DNA of 32,000 nt from Cylindrospermopsis raciborskii Cr2010 (GTDB lineage: Bacteria > Cyanobacteriota > Cyanobacteriia > Cyanobacteriales > Nostocaceae). The number at the start of each line of letters is the position of its first letter. Position 1 is the first letter of the stretch. The position numbers and the translations under genes were made by a program. A model generated the notes under the pieces. It made no database searches. It was given only the letters and a program-made list of their open reading frames with translations, and was not told the DNA's origin. Location of the stretch: assembly GCF_003367075.2 (NCBI RefSeq), contig NZ_CP065936.1, forward strand, positions 2,400,001 to 2,432,000, in the 5' to 3' direction. Positions 1 through 8,852 of this stretch are shown in pieces.

Positions 1-2240
1 TAGCTGTTGAACTGTGTCACTTTTCCGATGTGGATAAGGAAGGAGGAGCTAGTGATTGGGGAAAACGACCTCTGTGTGAAAAACAACTAAAGTATGCTGC
101 TATGGATACGGTTTACCTCGCTGCTGTTCATCGTCGGTTAATGGAATTATCCGATCCTGATGCTGTCAGTAGTATTTTTAATAACAATTTTGATAATACT
201 ACCCCCAATATCCTTCATGATATGGCAAACCCTGAATCAGAAAATTCTTCTTTGACTCCCACCAAACTAAGATTGGCTTTTGAGTGTCCTCGGATATTTT
301 ATCTTAATCATCGTTTTAATAATAAATCTTTGTTTATTCCGGAAGGTTTGATTGGTGGTATTGGTAATGTTTTTCATAAATTGGCAGATGAATTTATCGA
401 TTTATTGCTGAATGATGCCGAACTTACAACTCTATTTAATCCCCATCCTAACGAAATAAATTTGCAAGAGGTGGTGTTAGCGCTTCAGCAGTCATTTTAT
501 AAAATTGTCTTTTTTCCCTATTCTCAAACCCAGGAAGAGAGCAAGTCTTTGGTATTACATCAAGTTTGGCTAGGATTAACAGGATTAATTAAAAAGTTCA
601 CTGAGTTATTGATTAGCAATCGAAATTATTGCCATGCCAACTTACTTATTGCTAATACTTTTATGAGGGAGGATCGCGTTTTAGAACATGATTTTAATTT
701 ACCAAATGGTAAAAGACAACTGATAAGAGGTAAATGTGATTGTTTGGTATTTGATTTTGCAACCAACCGGTTTTCTGTGATAGAGTTTAAAACTTATCAA
801 CCAATAGATACATCAGCACAAGTGGCTCAGGTCGCCCTGTATAGCTATATATTATCTGAGAGAAAAAAAGTACCTGTTAATGTTGCTGTTTATTGCGTTC
901 TACCTGAATTCAAGGAGTATAAATATACTGCCGAAGAGTTAGAAAATAATATTCACCAAGTCATACCTCATAAATTATTACAAATGCAAAATTGGTTGAC
1001 CTGGGAACCTCCCCAACCCAATCCACCTCCTATGACATCCCAGTCTCACTTATGTCAAATTTGCCCCGAAAAACAAAAGTGTCAGACTTTTTTTGCTCCC
1101 GACTTTGACAACTATTTTAATAACTGGGAGTTTAATCATCAGGATTCCCCAAATATTGAGGGTAAGAATTCCCCCCAAACAAGTAAAACTCAGAAAAATA
1201 ATCCCTTTAATCCCGATCAAATTGGGTTAGATTTGGTGAACACTTTGAAATCCTTTGGTATTGGTGTGGAGTATCAAGGTGCTATAGTAGGTCCGGCATT
1301 TGTAAGAGTGAAATTAAAACCTAATTTGGGTGTTAAAGTGAATTCTTTATTGAAATTATCTGATGATTTACGGGTGCAATTGGGACTAGAATGCCCACCC
1401 TTAATTGCATCACAAGCTGGCTATGTAAGTGTTGATTTACCCCGCAAAGACCGAGAAATTGCCAGATTTGAAGATTATATGCAAAAGAATTTTTTATCTG
1501 CGACTGCTAAGTTAAAAATTGCCCTTGGATTGAATATTGATGGGAAGTTAGTAGAAGCTGATTTGTCTGATCCTAATACCTGTCATTTTTTAGTTGGTGG
1601 AACCACCGGAAGTGGCAAAAGTGAGTTTTTAAGATCCTTGCTCCTAAGTTTGCTCTATCGACATTCTCCTGAACACTTGAAAATTGTTTTAGTAGACCCT
1701 AAAAGAGTCACTTTTCCTGAGTTTGAAACAATTCCCTGGTTGTATTCACCAGTCGTAAAAAATAGCGATCGCGCCATAGAGTTAATGAGTGAGTTAGTAG
1801 CAGAGATGGAATCCCGATACCAAAAATTTGAGCTGGCTAAATGTGCCAACATAACAGTTTATAATCAAAACTGTGCCCAGGTTTTACCACGTATAGTTTG
1901 TATATTTGATGAATATGCGGATTTCATGATAGAGAAAGAGACCCGAACTGCTTTAGAGCAGAGTATTAAACGTTTAGGAGCAATGGCAAGAGCAGCGGGA
2001 ATACATCTAATTATTGCCACCCAGCGTCCAGAAGCTACTGTGGTTACTCCTATCATTCGTTCCAACCTTCCTGGAAGAATTGCTCTGCGCACTTCAAGTG
2101 CTGCGGACTCCCAAATTATTTTAGGGGGAAAGATATCACAAGCAGCGGACTTATTGGGTAAGGGGGATTTGGTTTATCTAGTTGGGTCTGAATTACAAAG
2201 AATCCAGAGTTTGTTCGCTGAAAAAATTCAGTTTTCTTGA
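1..2240 (+). CDS. 5'-truncated multidomain protein: end of a DEDDy 3'-5' exonuclease domain, a Cas4/RecB-like PD-(D/E)xK Fe-S nuclease, and an FtsK/SpoIIIE-type ATPase with no TM region and no gamma domain
   Basis: The frame of ORF 30..2240 stays open back to nt 3 (..AVELCHFSDV..), so the gene starts upstream of the window. aa 1-45 carry SDWGKRPL..QLKYAAMDTVYL, the ExoIII Y-x3-D motif of RNase D-like exonucleases. aa ~80-355 carry C86 (ECPRIFYL), D237 (GKCDCLVFD), E252-F-K254, Q268-x3-Y272, then C342-x2-C345-x5-C351. aa ~400-736 carry the FtsK alpha/beta motor (GPAFVRVKLKP), Walker A GGTTGSGKS (nt 1596-1622), Walker B VCIFDEYAD and IIATQRP. The protein ends right after GKGDLVYL, with no winged-helix gamma domain. 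Confidence 0.8.
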   Translation, partial: AVELCHFSDVDKEGGASDWGKRPLCEKQLKYAAMDTVYLAAVHRRLMELSDPDAVSSIFNNNFDNTTPNILHDMANPESENSSLTPTKLRLAFECPRIFYLNHRFNNKSLFIPEGLIGGIGNVFHKLADEFIDLLLNDAELTTLFNPHPNEINLQEVVLALQQSFYKIVFFPYSQTQEESKSLVLHQVWLGLTGLIKKFTELLISNRNYCHANLLIANTFMREDRVLEHDFNLPNGKRQLIRGKCDCLVFDFATNRFSVIEFKTYQPIDTSAQVAQVALYSYILSERKKVPVNVAVYCVLPEFKEYKYTAEELENNIHQVIPHKLLQMQNWLTWEPPQPNPPPMTSQSHLCQICPEKQKCQTFFAPDFDNYFNNWEFNHQDSPNIEGKNSPQTSKTQKNNPFNPDQIGLDLVNTLKSFGIGVEYQGAIVGPAFVRVKLKPNLGVKVNSLLKLSDDLRVQLGLECPPLIASQAGYVSVDLPRKDREIARFEDYMQKNFLSATAKLKIALGLNIDGKLVEADLSDPNTCHFLVGGTTGSGKSEFLRSLLLSLLYRHSPEHLKIVLVDPKRVTFPEFETIPWLYSPVVKNSDRAIELMSELVAEMESRYQKFELAKCANITVYNQNCAQVLPRIVCIFDEYADFMIEKETRTALEQSIKRLGAMARAAGIHLIIATQRPEATVVTPIIRSNLPGRIALRTSSAADSQIILGGKISQAADLLGKGDLVYLVGSELQRIQSLFAEKIQFS

Positions 2241-2280
2241 CCACTATTCATTATCTATTGAAACCTTTAAACAGAAAATT

Positions 2281-3189
2281 ATGAATACCTGGCTAAAAAA
2301 ATATCCTTTAATGACGCTGATTACCATCTCAATTTTATGTATTAACATGGAATCAGCGGTTTCCATTTCATCCCCCATGGGACTTGTTGTTCAAGCTACT
2401 CAACCAATAGCATTAGATTGGTTAAACAAGGGGTTAAAAGCTATTTCAGAGGGTAAAGTACAAGACGCAATTATAGCTTTTCGTCAAGCAGCACAATTAG
2501 ATCCAGCTCTAGCCCCCGCTCATTATAATCTAGGTTTAGCACTGCGACAAACTGGCAAATTACAACCAGCAGCAGACGCATTCTATCAAGCCACCCAAGC
2601 TGATCCCCAATTTGCATCAGCTTTTGCTAATTTAGGCGGGGCATTATTAGAAGGAAATAATTTACCATTGGCAATCGATTATTTAAAAACTGCTTTACAA
2701 TTAGACCCAAAGTTGGGTTTTGCCCACTATAATTTGGGATTAGCAAGACAACTGCAAAAAGATTGGCAACAGGCGATCGCCTCTTTTCAACAGGCAATAA
2801 TATATAGTCCAAATTCTGCAGAGCCAGTTTACCATTTGGGGAATTGTTATTTACAACAAGGGAAATTAGAATTGGCAAAATCAACATTTATTAAGGCTAT
2901 AAGTTTAAATTCTAACTATACAGAGGCTCATTATAATTTGGGTTTAATTTTGTTCGAGCAAGGACAACTACAAGATTCATTATCAGCATTTAGAAAAGCT
3001 GCTCAGACAAATTATAATTATCCCAATGCTTATTACGGAGCGGGATTAGTATTTGTACAACTTAAACAATATGAACAAGCAATAAAAGTAATAAAATATG
3101 CAAGAGATATATACCAAAAACAAGGCAATATGGCATGGGCAAATAATGCGGAGAAACTGTTGACACAAATACGAAATCTTAGAAGATAA
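2281..3189 (+). CDS. TPR-repeat protein with N-terminal signal/anchor sequence
   Basis: ORF 2182..3189. The preferred start is ATG 2281 (MNTWLKKYPLMTLITISILC..), which gives a hydrophobic N-terminus. The body is about 8 tandem 34-aa TPR units with recurring AHYNLGLA / A..F..A..LDP signatures. Confidence 0.8.
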   Translation: MNTWLKKYPLMTLITISILCINMESAVSISSPMGLVVQATQPIALDWLNKGLKAISEGKVQDAIIAFRQAAQLDPALAPAHYNLGLALRQTGKLQPAADAFYQATQADPQFASAFANLGGALLEGNNLPLAIDYLKTALQLDPKLGFAHYNLGLARQLQKDWQQAIASFQQAIIYSPNSAEPVYHLGNCYLQQGKLELAKSTFIKAISLNSNYTEAHYNLGLILFEQGQLQDSLSAFRKAAQTNYNYPNAYYGAGLVFVQLKQYEQAIKVIKYARDIYQKQGNMAWANNAEKLLTQIRNLRR

Positions 3190-3446
3190 GTGGGTGAGTG
3201 GAATTAGACATGAACGTAGGTTGAACCCAACGCCCCCATGAGTTACCGCTAACCCATCCTATAAATAATCGTGCCTCCCTACTTAATTGCCCACCAGTAA
3301 ATTTCCCAATTCCTAATTACCAATAAACCATCATCTACCCCGATGTCAAAGGATAAATTATAGATAGAATAAATAAAAAGCTAGTTTTTAAAAACCGAGT
3401 AATTGTTATCAGTATACTAGCTAAGTACCACCAAAATGTTAAAATC

Positions 3447-3995
3447 ATGAAAAAACGATTCAAGAGTAGATTTTTATTTGCTGGTCGCTGGCTAGATAGA
3501 CAAATAATAGTCAGGAATATGGAAGCTTTTCAAGATCTGATTGTCATGGTATTGTGTTTAGCTTTATTTGCAGTTATGTTAATCCAATTATGGGGTATAA
3601 TTATTGCTATTACTAAATTCATAGGCTATAAGGAATTGACATCAAAAATACTATTTGTATTAATCCTAGTAGAATTATTTAGACTACTAATAGTTTATCT
3701 ACAGGAGCATAGTATTTCCGTAGGTGTAGCTGTGGAAGTAGCCATAGTTTCCGTGTTGAGAGAAGTGGTAGTGCATGGTGCCCTAGATATTTCGGGAGTG
3801 CAGACAGCAGCAATTTGTGGTTTATTATTTATCCTGGGTGGACTGCTTCTGGTTTGTGCTAAAACTCCTCACATGGACTGCATAAGTGCAAATACCAAAT
3901 ATTGTCCACTTGTGGGTCAAGAAAACCAGCAAATGCCAAATGGATTCGATTATTTAGAAGAGGAAGATGAAAATTTGAACAACAGCATCATTTAG
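3447..3995 (+). CDS. PsiE-like (phosphate-starvation-inducible E family) membrane protein
   Basis: 182-aa ORF with about 4 hydrophobic helices. The core LILVELFRLLIVYLQEH...VEVAIVSVLREVV resembles the PsiE family as I recall it. It has an acidic C-terminal tail. The family call comes from motif memory only. Confidence 0.5.
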   Translation: MKKRFKSRFLFAGRWLDRQIIVRNMEAFQDLIVMVLCLALFAVMLIQLWGIIIAITKFIGYKELTSKILFVLILVELFRLLIVYLQEHSISVGVAVEVAIVSVLREVVVHGALDISGVQTAAICGLLFILGGLLLVCAKTPHMDCISANTKYCPLVGQENQQMPNGFDYLEEEDENLNNSII

Positions 3996-4115
3996 AGGTC
4001 TTCTATCTAAAGGTAGTATAATCGAGTATTGTTTTTCCTCTCTTGGAGAGATGCAACCCAGAGAAAAATTAAGTATTTATGGAGTAAATGCACTCAGCAA
4101 AAGGAATCAAAACTG

Positions 4116-4355
4116 ATGACTACTACTAAGACAAAAATCCAAGAACCAATTAGCAATTTAGAATACGATTTTATCACCGTCTTACACAATAAAGCTGCAG
4201 CGGTTCAAGCTTATGAACAATATATTAAAGATGCACAAGAGGTAAATTCCCAACCCTGCGTGGAACTATTTGAAAAATTACGTCAATCAGAAATTGATGA
4301 AGCTCATGAAATTCGCCAGCATCTGCAACAGGTAATGGTAAAGGGAAAAATGTAG
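4116..4355 (+). CDS. small helical hypothetical protein (79 aa)
   Basis: ORF 4029..4355. ATG 4116 (MTTTKTKIQEP..) is preferred because the upstream 29 codons look non-coding and overlap a short CTCTCttgGAGAG hairpin (4039-4051). The composition is helical and charged. No family was recognised. Confidence 0.55.
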   Translation: MTTTKTKIQEPISNLEYDFITVLHNKAAAVQAYEQYIKDAQEVNSQPCVELFEKLRQSEIDEAHEIRQHLQQVMVKGKM

Positions 4356-4384
4356 GTTTTTAAAAACATACCTTACCTCAATCA

Positions 4385-4415
4385 CTCCCTATGGGTGTCA
4401 GACACCCATAGGGAG
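4385..4415. terminator. perfect 15-bp-arm palindromic hairpin between convergent genes (possible bidirectional terminator or RNA-stability element)
   Basis: CTCCCTATGGGTGTC (4385-4399), a, GACACCCATAGGGAG (4401-4415). It lies between the stop at 4355 (+) and the stop at 4422 (-). There is no clean U-run directly after it on either strand, so it is not a textbook intrinsic terminator. Confidence 0.45.
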
Positions 4416-4421
4416 ATTGTG

Positions 4422-6233
4422 TTATTGTAATAACTGTTCCATTTGATGCTGACTCCATAACTTTTGGTATAGTCCAGGTTGTTCTACCAAATCCGAATGT
4501 TTACCAATTTGCACAATTTCACCCTTTTCCATAACCATAATCCTATCAGCACTAGCAGCAGCAGCAAGTTGATGGGTGATGAAAATTACAGTTTTCCGTT
4601 TTTTACCTTGGGAAAGGTTTTGCAGAATCTGGGTAGCTGTTTCATTATCCACACTAGAAAGAGCATCATCTAAAATTAATACCGGAGCATCAACTAACAT
4701 GGCTCTAGCTAAAGCAGTACGTTGTCTTTGACCTCCTGACAGGGTGATTCCCCTTTCACCTACCAGGGTGTCATATTGTTGGGGAAAGTTATTAATTTCT
4801 GCTGCTATGTGAACTAGATTAGCAACACTTTCCACTCTTTCTTGTTCAAACCTCCCCCTAAGTCTATTCTTGGCTAAATTGGCAGCACTACCTAATTCTT
4901 CTTGTTCAGTTACAAGGTCACCATAGGAGATATTATTCCTAATACTAGTGCTGAACAAAAAACTATCTTGTGGTACATAGGCAATTGCAGCTCGCAAATC
5001 ATTTAATGATATTTTTGTAATGTCCCAACCATCTAAGAATAATTGTCCTTCTCCAATATCTAGCAACCTAGGTAAAGCATTGGCTAGAGTTGATTTACCA
5101 GAGCCAATTGCTCCTACAACTGCGATCATTTCCCCTGGGTTAATATTAAAGTTAACGCCTGTCAACGCAGAAATCCGACTACCTGGATAGGCATAACTAA
5201 AATTATTAGCTGTGATTGCTCCCTTAACCTTATTAATATCTAAGGAAATTGCTTCTGGCACATCTTGAATTTGAGGAGTGACACTGAAAATAGATTCTAG
5301 TCTATCAATGCTAACTTCACCCCTTTGGTAAGCAGTAATTGTAAAACCTAGTAGCGCAGTAGGAAAAACTAATCGTTCCACATAAATCAGGAGAGCTAAA
5401 AAATCTCCCACGGACAAATTCCCGGAAGATATGCGCATTGTCCCTAACCAAATAATGATCAAAGAACTGATATTTGCTAGTCCACCAATCATGGGAAACA
5501 GGGTGCTTCTAGTTTTAGCCAGTGTTAAATTCGCTTTTAATAAAGCCTGGTTTTTATTTTGGAAGGCCCGACGTTCATTTTCCTCTTGAGCATAGATCTT
5601 AATTAATGAAATCCCGCTCATATCCTCCTGAATTAATTCACTTATATCCGAAAGTTTTTCCTGTACTGCTGCTTGTTCTTGACGGAGGCGATCGCTAAAA
5701 GTATGCACTAAAAATAACATTACCGGATAAACAACCAAAGCTGCTAGGGTCAACTCTATGTTAATCGATAGCATGATTGGTATGGTCATAGAATAGGCAA
5801 ATACAGTATTTACCAGGCTTAATACTGCAAACCCTAGAAGTCGGCGGATGTTTTCCACATCGCTGGTGGTGCGAGTAATCAAATCCCCGGGTGGGTTAAT
5901 AGAAAAGTAAGCGGGTTCTAGCTTGAGTAAATGTTCAAAAATCCGTTGTTTTAGTTCAAATTCTACCTGACGACCAACACCAAAAATCCAGATGCGGGAG
6001 GCCATACGCATCATCCACATGGCGGAACTGAGCAGAATAATAACTACCGCATAATATAGAATTTGCTTAAAACTAAAAGTAGTAGATAAGGTAGCAACAC
6101 CAGAGCGAATAAGCAGAGGGATATAAACTCCTAAGCCATTGACAGACAACAGAGCAATAACGCCCAATAATGTTTCTTTCCAATGGGGACGCAAGTAGTT
6201 ACCAAGTTGAGCAAGTCTTCGAGATTTCACCAT
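4422..6233 (-). CDS. ABC exporter, fused permease/ATPase (MsbA/multidrug-type)
   Basis: 603 aa. The N-terminal half is a 6-helix exporter domain. The NBD carries Walker A GAIGSGKST, signature LSGGQRQR and Walker B VLILDDALS. The NBD also contains an internal 20-aa duplication, described in findings. Confidence 0.9.
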   Translation of the reverse strand: MVKSRRLAQLGNYLRPHWKETLLGVIALLSVNGLGVYIPLLIRSGVATLSTTFSFKQILYYAVVIILLSSAMWMMRMASRIWIFGVGRQVEFELKQRIFEHLLKLEPAYFSINPPGDLITRTTSDVENIRRLLGFAVLSLVNTVFAYSMTIPIMLSINIELTLAALVVYPVMLFLVHTFSDRLRQEQAAVQEKLSDISELIQEDMSGISLIKIYAQEENERRAFQNKNQALLKANLTLAKTRSTLFPMIGGLANISSLIIIWLGTMRISSGNLSVGDFLALLIYVERLVFPTALLGFTITAYQRGEVSIDRLESIFSVTPQIQDVPEAISLDINKVKGAITANNFSYAYPGSRISALTGVNFNINPGEMIAVVGAIGSGKSTLANALPRLLDIGEGQLFLDGWDITKISLNDLRAAIAYVPQDSFLFSTSIRNNISYGDLVTEQEELGSAANLAKNRLRGRFEQERVESVANLVHIAAEINNFPQQYDTLVGERGITLSGGQRQRTALARAMLVDAPVLILDDALSSVDNETATQILQNLSQGKKRKTVIFITHQLAAAASADRIMVMEKGEIVQIGKHSDLVEQPGLYQKLWSQHQMEQLLQ

Positions 6234-6392
6234 TATTTTTATCTTTAATACCTATAGTAGCACCATATAGGTGGGGGCGGGGGAGTTTACCAGGTTGAGA
6301 GAGCTCTACTAACTAAGCAAGTATCTCCCAAATAACTCCCCAGTTCCACAGCGGTAGAGTGTCAAACCTGCCAACTTTTTAATCTTTGCAGA

Positions 6393-7022
6393 TTAAGAGC
6401 GTCCACGCAAGAAAACATAAATTTGATTCAGATAACTTTCCCAAACCTGGGTGGTGAGTTGTAGAGTTTCCGCACTTGGCACAAAATCTTCTACCCTGAG
6501 TCCTCTATTACTAATTGCTTGAGGGGTTTGTAACAAATAGGATGGGATGTTAACACCAGCACTATTTAATATACCACCACTCACTACATCAGATGTAATA
6601 TTGCTGCTTATTCCTAGTGGCAAGGATGCTACTAATACGGGAGGAGGTAGTATAGTAGCAATAGGGGTTCTGACTAAAAAGTAGGCAATAGCAGGGGTAC
6701 TAGAAAATAGTAAAATAGCTAATGACCATCCTAACAGATATCCTCCAGGTTTTTCTATACCACCTCCCTTGATTTTTTGAGCGGCGATAATTAACAGCAA
6801 AGCTGATGCTCCCAATGGTTTGAGGGGAAAAGAAATAAATCGCCACAGAGAAGCAACTACAGGTTCACCTGGGTTGAAAAATGCCAAAGCCAACACGGAA
6901 ATTATTAACCCCACTACAATTCTACCAACAAAGTTAACCGTGGGGTAGAATTTTTGGAACAGGGAGTAGGCAATAACCCCAATTAATAGCCATAGTAAAA
7001 CCCGGCTTAATAATTGAAACAT
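6393..7022 (-). CDS. hypothetical integral membrane protein
   Basis: 209-aa ORF with several hydrophobic helices (LLWLLIGVIAYSLF, VVGLIISVLALAFF, ALLLIIAAQ, WSLAILLFSS). No family was recognised. Confidence 0.6.
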   Translation of the reverse strand: MFQLLSRVLLWLLIGVIAYSLFQKFYPTVNFVGRIVVGLIISVLALAFFNPGEPVVASLWRFISFPLKPLGASALLLIIAAQKIKGGGIEKPGGYLLGWSLAILLFSSTPAIAYFLVRTPIATILPPPVLVASLPLGISSNITSDVVSGGILNSAGVNIPSYLLQTPQAISNRGLRVEDFVPSAETLQLTTQVWESYLNQIYVFLRGRS

Positions 7023-7257
7023 AAATAAATCAACTCTCTATTTTTTTGCACAGCTAGTCTGGAGAATTACATATAGCATTAGCCCAGGATAGTGGCCCAG
7101 GTGGCCAGAAAATTCATCTCAGAGTCAAAAGCCTAAATAACTTTTTACTCCCAAATCCAAACTTTTGCCACAAATGGGTTTATTTTACCGTCAAACCGTA
7201 ATCTCCCAGCTACTCATAAACCTAAATGCAGCACAAATCACAAATTAGGAGCAAATT

Positions 7258-8265
7258 ATGTCTATTTTCCCAATTTCAAAACCCACAGTTTTAGTCACAG
7301 GTGGAGCAGGTTATATAGGTTCCCATGCGGTCAAAGCCCTATTACAAGATGGTTATCATGTCCTTATTCTGGATAATCTGGTCTATGGTCACCGGGATCT
7401 AGTCGAACAGGTATTACAGGTAGAACTCATTCAAGGAGATATACAAGATATCCCCCTCTTAAATTCCATATTTCAACGGTATCAAGTGGAAGTTGTTATG
7501 CATTTCTCAGCATACGCCTACGTAGGTGAGTCAGTTACTGATCCAGCCAAGTATTATCGTAATAATGTAGTAGCCACTTTAAGTCTTTTAGAAGCCATGC
7601 TGGGAGCTGGTATTTACAAGTTTGTTTTTTCTTCCACCTGTGCTACCTACGGAGTCCCCCAGTTTATTCCCCTGACGGAAGAACATCCCCAGCATCCGAT
7701 TAATCCCTATGGAGCTACTAAACTTATGGTAGAGCGGATACTCTCGGATTTTGATATTGCATACGGGTTAAAATACGTATCTTTCCGTTACTTTAACGCT
7801 GCTGGTGCTGATCCTAGTGGGATTTTGGGGGAAGACCATAACCCAGAAACCCATTTAATCCCACTAGTATTGCAAACCGCCTTGGGTAAAAGGTCTTCAA
7901 TTTCGATTTTTGGCACTGATTATCCCACTCCCGATGGCACTTGTATTCGTGATTATATTCACGTCACTGACCTAGCAATTGCCCATATTTTGGGTCTGGA
8001 ATACCTGCTGCAGGGGGGTACTAGCACAGTTTTTAACTTGGGTAATGGCAACGGTTTTTCCGTCAAAGAAGTCATTGCTGCTGCAAAGGAAGTTACAGGT
8101 AACAATATACCCATTACTGAGTGCGATCGCCGTCCCGGGGATCCGCCTATTCTCATTGGTAGCAGTGAGAAAGCCAGGAAAATACTAGGTTGGCAACCGG
8201 TATACCCTCATATCAACGAGATAGTTTCCCATGCTTGGAAGTGGCATCAGAAAAGACATGGGTAG
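7258..8265 (+). CDS. galE: UDP-glucose 4-epimerase
   Basis: 335 aa. It has the N-terminal Rossmann motif VTGGAGYIGSH, the SDR catalytic YGATK and NAAGADPSG..GEDH, typical of GalE. AGGAG lies 7 nt before the ATG. Confidence 0.9.
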   Translation: MSIFPISKPTVLVTGGAGYIGSHAVKALLQDGYHVLILDNLVYGHRDLVEQVLQVELIQGDIQDIPLLNSIFQRYQVEVVMHFSAYAYVGESVTDPAKYYRNNVVATLSLLEAMLGAGIYKFVFSSTCATYGVPQFIPLTEEHPQHPINPYGATKLMVERILSDFDIAYGLKYVSFRYFNAAGADPSGILGEDHNPETHLIPLVLQTALGKRSSISIFGTDYPTPDGTCIRDYIHVTDLAIAHILGLEYLLQGGTSTVFNLGNGNGFSVKEVIAAAKEVTGNNIPITECDRRPGDPPILIGSSEKARKILGWQPVYPHINEIVSHAWKWHQKRHG

Positions 8266-8274
8266 AATTAAGTG

Positions 8275-8667
8275 TTAACTAATTACAGCAATGCATTCAA
8301 TTTCTACTAATACATCTTTAGGCAACCGAGAAACCTGTACACAGGCGCGTGCGGGAGCAGAGTCAGTTGAAAAATAGCGAGCATAAACCGCATTCATAGC
8401 GGCAAAATCTTGCATATCAGACAAAAACACACTAGTTTTCACCACATCGTTAAAGGTGGCACCTGCTTGAGTGAGAATAGCCTCAAGATTGGTCATTACC
8501 TGTTCCGTTTGTTTAGTGATATCAGTGGTATGAACCACATCTCCTAAAACTGGGTCTATGGCTATTTGTCCAGCTACGAACACCATCTTCCCAGTGGCTA
8601 CAATGGCTTGATTATAAGGACCAACCGGTGCGGGTGCTTTCTCAGTACGAATAACTTGACGGGCCAT
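8275..8667 (-). CDS. ridA: RidA/YjgF/UK114-family reactive-intermediate deaminase
   Basis: The ORF runs 8275..8787. The family-typical N-terminus starts at ATG 8667 ([22 protein letters not shown]..), and the C-terminus [22 protein letters not shown] is also typical. The upstream 40 codons look like a non-coding extension. Confidence 0.85.
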   Translation of the reverse strand: MARQVIRTEKAPAPVGPYNQAIVATGKMVFVAGQIAIDPVLGDVVHTTDITKQTEQVMTNLEAILTQAGATFNDVVKTSVFLSDMQDFAAMNAVYARYFSTDSAPARACVQVSRLPKDVLVEIECIAVIS

Positions 8668-8852
8668 AAAAATATCTTTTGCTGGATCCCCTATAATATA
8701 CCTGATTACCTGAAACCAGTCAACAGAATTCCTAGCAACTATCTCCAGTCGGTTGAAAACTTTCCGGTGGGTTTCGATGGAGCTCAACGTTTAGTCTTGA
8801 ACTTACGTTAAAAGGCTCAAAGCTTATAAAAGAGTTAAATCAAAATTTATCT

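Noticed and set aside
1655-2092. Antisense ORFs 1655..1852 and 1865..2092 inside the FtsK-like region. The track has similar shadow ORFs at 2627..2887, 4479..4673, 7959..8188, 8566..8811, 10869..11978, 12487..12717, 13553..13750, 15928..16155, 16591..16878, 17029..17211, 17887..18383, 20122..20874, 23233..23448, 26127..26318, 28232..28671, 28923..29144 and 30690..30896.
   Set aside because: Each lies wholly or largely within a longer ORF that has clear family motifs on the other strand or in another frame. Their translations are low-complexity or irregular, and none has a convincing ribosome-binding site.
1-2240. Calling the first gene a canonical cell-division/chromosome-segregation FtsK
   Set aside because: It has no N-terminal membrane domain and no C-terminal gamma (KOPS-binding) domain. 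The motor is instead preceded by two nuclease domains, so only 'FtsK/SpoIIIE-type ATPase' is justified.
2182-2280. Upstream start (2182) for the TPR protein, overlapping the end of the first gene
   Set aside because: The extra 33 codons overlap the preceding gene. ATG 2281 gives a typical signal/anchor N-terminus.
3205-3262. tRNA-like or structured-RNA fragment (GGTTGAACCC, and GGGTGAGTGG...CCGCTAACCCA long-range complementarity) downstream of the TPR gene
   Set aside because: No cloverleaf can be drawn. The T-arm-like string lacks a pairing stem, and the long-range pairing has mismatches.
6250-6284. Hairpin ACCTATA..TATAGGT (6250-6272) and G-tract GGTGGGGGCGGGGGA (6270-6284) upstream of the ABC exporter, as a possible G-quadruplex or regulatory element
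   Set aside because: There are only two long G-runs, which is not enough for an intramolecular G4. The 7-bp AT-rich stem is weak, and there is no supporting repeat or conservation evidence.
8668-8787. 40-codon N-terminal extension of the RidA ORF
   Set aside because: RidA-family proteins start close to the ..[12 protein letters not shown].. segment. ATG 8667 reproduces that, and the extension has no family support.
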